Shown here: one piece after another, positions 60,530-64,000 of the stretch
How positions within the stretch are numbered: the first letter of the stretch is position 1
Layout: every line of letters begins with the position of its first letter
Notes under the pieces: generated by a model
Databases searched by the model: none
The model's input: the letters and a program-made list of their open reading frames with translations, nothing else
What the model was told of the DNA's origin: nothing
Virus record (IMG/VR): IMGVR_UViG_3300028886_000002
Span: 1-64,000 of that record
Source: a virus
Taxonomy: Duplodnaviria > Caudoviricetes
Direction: 5' to 3' (one strand)
Length of the DNA stretch: 64,000 bases
Made by a program: the position numbers and the translations under genes

Positions 60530-61624
60530 TTATTTTACAATTACTATAGCAACACGAGCACCAAGTTCTGTTCCAATACCGTGAGCATCTTCAACACGAA
60601 TTCCACGATTCTTAAGATAGTTCTTTACAACCTGTGCACGCTCATTTGCAAGATTTGCATTGAAATTAGCATTGCCATCGGGCGATGCAGAACCAACTAC
60701 ACGAACAACTGAATTTTCAGCAATCTCATTAAGAGTCTCCTTGGCATTAGAAGTAAGCTCAGCTGAAGCATGGTCAAAGAATACTACAAATTGATTATTT
60801 TCGTTTACTGTTTTAGTAACAACCTTTTCAACAGTTTCGACCTTTGTCACAACCTCTGGTTTACGATTGCGAAGCTCATTGATTTGATCATTAAGGCGGT
60901 CAACCTCAGCTTGTGTATACTTATAAGGACAGAGTGTAAAGTTGTGTGTTCCATTACTATTCTTAAACTTATAAGTTAAACCTGCTTCAAGACCTACCCA
61001 AGCATTACGGGAATCAAATGCTGGCTGATTAACATGATAATAGCCGTTAGCACCTGTAAAATTATAAGCAATATAAGGAGCAACATTAATTTGCAACCTA
61101 TCAGTAATATTTACATTTACTTCTGCTCCTAACTTAGTAATAATGTCATTAGTATGTGCAGTAGTGCCAAAGTAGTAATATTCAGCATCTTGAGCATAGA
61201 TAAAGCCATGATTCCAACCAATACCTGCCACTGCTACAACTTCTACAGGACGAGGTTGTCCTTTATAACCAGCAAACAAGTTATTCAAATTAACTTTGCC
61301 ATTTGCCATAACATTTACATAGTTAAGCCAATTGCGACCTTGAAAATCACCTGGCTGAGAACCATTCTCCCAACCGATTGTACTTGAAATACCTACTCCA
61401 AATACAGGAGTGATGTATTTAGTCAAGTCAAGACTAGTACTTGCTTGGATGGTATGCCCAAAATCTTTATAATTGTTACAACCTGGATGTAAAATAGCTG
61501 TAACACCGCCTCTCACGCCGATTTGCCAATTGTCTGTAAATTTAGAATGCTCTACTGTTTGTGCGCTCATACTGAGCATAGTAGCTAGAGCAGCTACTGC
61601 CATTAAAATAAATTTCTTCATCAT
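60530..61624 (-). CDS. ompA: OmpA-family outer-membrane protein (signal peptide, beta-barrel, coiled-coil, OmpA peptidoglycan-binding domain)
   Basis: Signal peptide; DNWQIGVRGG..KYITPVFG..AGLTYKF; LNDQINELR; VFFDHASAEL..VVGSASPDGNANFNANLANERAQVV. Confidence 0.9.
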   Translation of the reverse strand: MMKKFILMAVAALATMLSMSAQTVEHSKFTDNWQIGVRGGVTAILHPGCNNYKDFGHTIQASTSLDLTKYITPVFGVGISSTIGWENGSQPGDFQGRNWLNYVNVMANGKVNLNNLFAGYKGQPRPVEVVAVAGIGWNHGFIYAQDAEYYYFGTTAHTNDIITKLGAEVNVNITDRLQINVAPYIAYNFTGANGYYHVNQPAFDSRNAWVGLEAGLTYKFKNSNGTHNFTLCPYKYTQAEVDRLNDQINELRNRKPEVVTKVETVEKVVTKTVNENNQFVVFFDHASAELTSNAKETLNEIAENSVVRVVGSASPDGNANFNANLANERAQVVKNYLKNRGIRVEDAHGIGTELGARVAIVIVK

Positions 61625-61652
61625 AAAATCATTAGTTCAATAAAAAAGTATC

Positions 61653-61904
61653 TTAATCTTTTGATATATATTTTAGTATTTCATCAGGATGAGTGAGGCC
61701 GTGCCATTCTTTTATTACCTCATTGTTATCATCAATTAATACTAAAGTTGGTAGAGATTTAACCTTATACTCTTCACATAAAGATTCATTCTCTTCATTT
61801 TCAACATTTACTGGTTCAACTTCTACCACATCAAAAGACTGTAATAATTCTCCTTGCATTTTACAAGGAGAACACCAATCTGCATAAAAATCAAGTAGTT
61901 TCAC
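61653..61904 (-). CDS. Thioredoxin
   Basis: DFYADWCSPCK..VKSLPTLV. Confidence 0.9.
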   Translation of the reverse strand: MKLLDFYADWCSPCKMQGELLQSFDVVEVEPVNVENEENESLCEEYKVKSLPTLVLIDDNNEVIKEWHGLTHPDEILKYISKD

Positions 61905-62148
61905 TTTTAATTAACTCTATTTCTTTATTAATATACCATATGGCTTTTTCGAGATCTTCTATATGAGTATCCTTTTTATTACCTTTGAGTCCAGCACGCC
62001 ATAGATATTTAATAGCATTACCTATACAAAAATCTCTGTGTTTAATAATATCTATACATTCCACTCCAGAAGGATCTGAGCAATAATGAAGTGGATGGTC
62101 CACATTACTTGTGGAAGCTATATAAGGTTTTTTATTATCTTTTATCAT
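61891..62148 (-). CDS. DUF3310 (T7 gp1.7-like nucleotide kinase family) protein
   Basis: VDHPLHY..GVECIDII..FCIGNAIKYLWRAGLK..EDLEKAIWY. Confidence 0.85.
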   Translation of the reverse strand: MIKDNKKPYIASTSNVDHPLHYCSDPSGVECIDIIKHRDFCIGNAIKYLWRAGLKGNKKDTHIEDLEKAIWYINKEIELIKSETT

Positions 62149-62374
62149 AACTATAATAATCGAATAAATAAGAAGGAATTTTATTCATAAAGGATAGCCA
62201 ACCTCTATCATGTGATTCTAAATTATAATATTTATTTTTTATCTCTCTAATTCTAAATCTGGTAGTAGTGCTATGAGTCTGACGGCCCCTTTCTTTATAA
62301 AAGAAAAGCTTTCCTTCTCTATTTTTTTCACTCTGCAAAGTTATCACTTTTATTTCAGATTTCATATAACACAC
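62135..62374 (-). CDS. Hypothetical protein (79 aa)
   Basis: ORF between polA and the DUF3310 gene. Confidence 0.5.
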   Translation of the reverse strand: MCYMKSEIKVITLQSEKNREGKLFFYKERGRQTHSTTTRFRIREIKNKYYNLESHDRGWLSFMNKIPSYLFDYYSYDKR

Positions 62375-62386
62375 AGTTAATTTTTC

Positions 62387-64000
62387 TTAATGAACCCAAT
62401 GGTCGGATACTTCAGCTTCTGCAGGTATAGGTAAAGATTTACAGTATTTGGCTGCGGATTCTTCCATTTTCTGTTGTACTATATTAGGAAATTCTTTTAC
62501 TTCTTTCGGAAATTCCCAGCATGTTTCATCATGGACTAGAGCACAACATAGGATTTTGCCAAAATACTTATTTTCAACAATCCAATTAAAAATATCAGTA
62601 ACAGCTTCCTTGGTCATTGCCGCCGATGTGCCTTGTGGAGGGGCATTTCGAGCAAGTCGATCCCATTTACTGGCAGCTCTAAAATGACTAGAAACCATTA
62701 AAGCTACTTCATCTCCAGTACCCTTATGGAATTGTCTATATTCTTCCCAAAATTCTGGAGTAAAAGATTGCTGCCTAGCTAACCACACATCATGGTCCCA
62801 CCAATACATCTTATGACCAGTCAATGGACATATTAAAATATAACCATTCTTCCTTACAAAGGCAGCTCCTCTTTTTGCAAATTCTACTGTACCTTTAAAG
62901 CCTTCCTCATAATTTTTTACTATAGTTAAAGCTTCCTCTTCGCTACATTTAAGTTGCTGCATTATAGTAGTATATCCACCACCGTATGCTAGTGCAAACT
63001 CGGGCCCCTTGGCTAGAGTTCTTAAATCTGGTCTTAATCTTTTAACATCATGTACATCAATATCTTTTAGTTCATCCTTAAAAAATATCTTAGCATACAT
63101 ACTATGACCATCAATCCCTTCTCTGTACATTTTTAGAATAGCCTTATCTTGATATATGTCACCTTGAACACGCCCTTCTTGAGCTGCGTAGTCACAGCTA
63201 ACAAATAAATTACCTTCTTTCGCAGTAAAACAAGCTCTAGTTGTAGCATCATGTGGTAGCTGCTGAAGATTTGGGTAAGTACAATCTTTAGGACTTAAAT
63301 TTTTATACTTGGCTAAATCATAATTAGACTGCTTACTTCCACAAGACATTCTACCAGATCTGGCTCCAAGTTGTTTATAATTAGTATGTATTCTATCGGT
63401 TTTTGGGTTAATAGCATTAAGATGGCCTTGACCAAAAGATGTAATTACTTTAAATGCTTCCTGAAAATCAAAATATAATTTCAGGAATTCATCATTTATT
63501 CCTTTTTGACTATTAAGATGCTTTTCAAGTACACTATCCTTATCTTCTCCAGTCTTTTTATCCTTTACTTCAGTATTAAATCCTAAATCTTTGGCTATTT
63601 TAACCACTTGTTGACTACTAGCCCAGTTAACTGTGCATATAGGAGTAGTATCAAATCCATCAAATAGACTACCTTGTAGATTTACTCTAGTATATTTAGA
63701 TAAAGCAGGATTATTGACAACAAAATCATCAAGAGCCTTTTTATTAGCTTCATACTTGATTCTATCATTCTTCATCTTTTCTTTCCATTTATCTGCATCC
63801 AAATGTATTCCACACCATTCGAGATAAGCTATAGCTGGAATAAAGTTACATTCTACTTGAACTGCTTTCTTAAGACCTTGTTTCTTTACATCCTTTAATT
63901 GTGAATTAGCTATATCGCCTAAATATGTAACATCTCCTGCTGCATATTTAATAACTTCTTCATCCAGTCCTCTCCATATAATCTCACCTCTAACTGTTTT
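62387..64000 (-). CDS. polA: Family A DNA polymerase, 5' part outside window
   Basis: Frame is open to the window edge, including the ExoIII-like YAAGDV. Also SGRMSC, PNLQQLP, motif A DYAAQEGR, motif B RTLAK..FALAYGG and motif C VHDE. Confidence 0.95.
   Translation of the reverse strand, partial: KTVRGEIIWRGLDEEVIKYAAGDVTYLGDIANSQLKDVKKQGLKKAVQVECNFIPAIAYLEWCGIHLDADKWKEKMKNDRIKYEANKKALDDFVVNNPALSKYTRVNLQGSLFDGFDTTPICTVNWASSQQVVKIAKDLGFNTEVKDKKTGEDKDSVLEKHLNSQKGINDEFLKLYFDFQEAFKVITSFGQGHLNAINPKTDRIHTNYKQLGARSGRMSCGSKQSNYDLAKYKNLSPKDCTYPNLQQLPHDATTRACFTAKEGNLFVSCDYAAQEGRVQGDIYQDKAILKMYREGIDGHSMYAKIFFKDELKDIDVHDVKRLRPDLRTLAKGPEFALAYGGGYTTIMQQLKCSEEEALTIVKNYEEGFKGTVEFAKRGAAFVRKNGYILICPLTGHKMYWWDHDVWLARQQSFTPEFWEEYRQFHKGTGDEVALMVSSHFRAASKWDRLARNAPPQGTSAAMTKEAVTDIFNWIVENKYFGKILCCALVHDETCWEFPKEVKEFPNIVQQKMEESAAKYCKSLPIPAEAEVSDHWVH

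Noticed and set aside
55751-63827. + strand ORFs over the early module
   Set aside because: They are antisense to clear - strand genes.
1-64000. Suppressor tRNA, release factor, CRISPR array, integrase or transposase
   Set aside because: None was recognised by eye and intergenic gaps are short. A tRNAscan/Infernal run would be needed to exclude them formally.

Overview
64 kb of an AT-rich crAss-like (Crassvirales) phage genome with a Bacteroidota host. The + strand (1-55182) is the late/virion module and uses a recoded genetic code. The ORF-track fragments join into about 24 continuous genes when TAG is read as Gln (code 15); real stops are TAA/TGA. In order these are a BspA-type LRR protein, a lectin-like surface protein, an endolysin, head/ring/tail proteins, IHF-like proteins, two muzzle/tail-stabilisation proteins and cargo proteins, followed by five large (570-3310 aa) predicted ejected proteins. 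Those five are an SF1 helicase-containing protein, the virion RNA polymerase (QGSDYDIDK), an ART+SLOG+ASCH polyvalent protein, a zincin protease and a PD-(D/E)xK nuclease-containing protein. After a bidirectional terminator, the - strand (55244-64000) holds replication/host-interaction genes (PolA, thioredoxin, OmpA, a signal-peptide protein with a T9SS-like tail, ThyX, metallophosphoesterase, AAA ATPase, Hsp20). Apart from one doubtful small ORF, these use TAG neither as sense nor as stop. The most unusual observations are: single 5'-proximal amber 'gates'; a TAG-free, separately transcribed small gene inside the recoded region; a shared K/R-x-x-GG motif in cargo proteins; a head-to-tail terminal-cysteine pattern across the large ejected proteins; the ART/SLOG/ASCH protein; and a candidate phage-encoded T9SS substrate. 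All family calls come from motif recognition by eye; no searches were run. The longest merged genes were checked by frame congruence of their fragments plus partial manual translation, not codon by codon.
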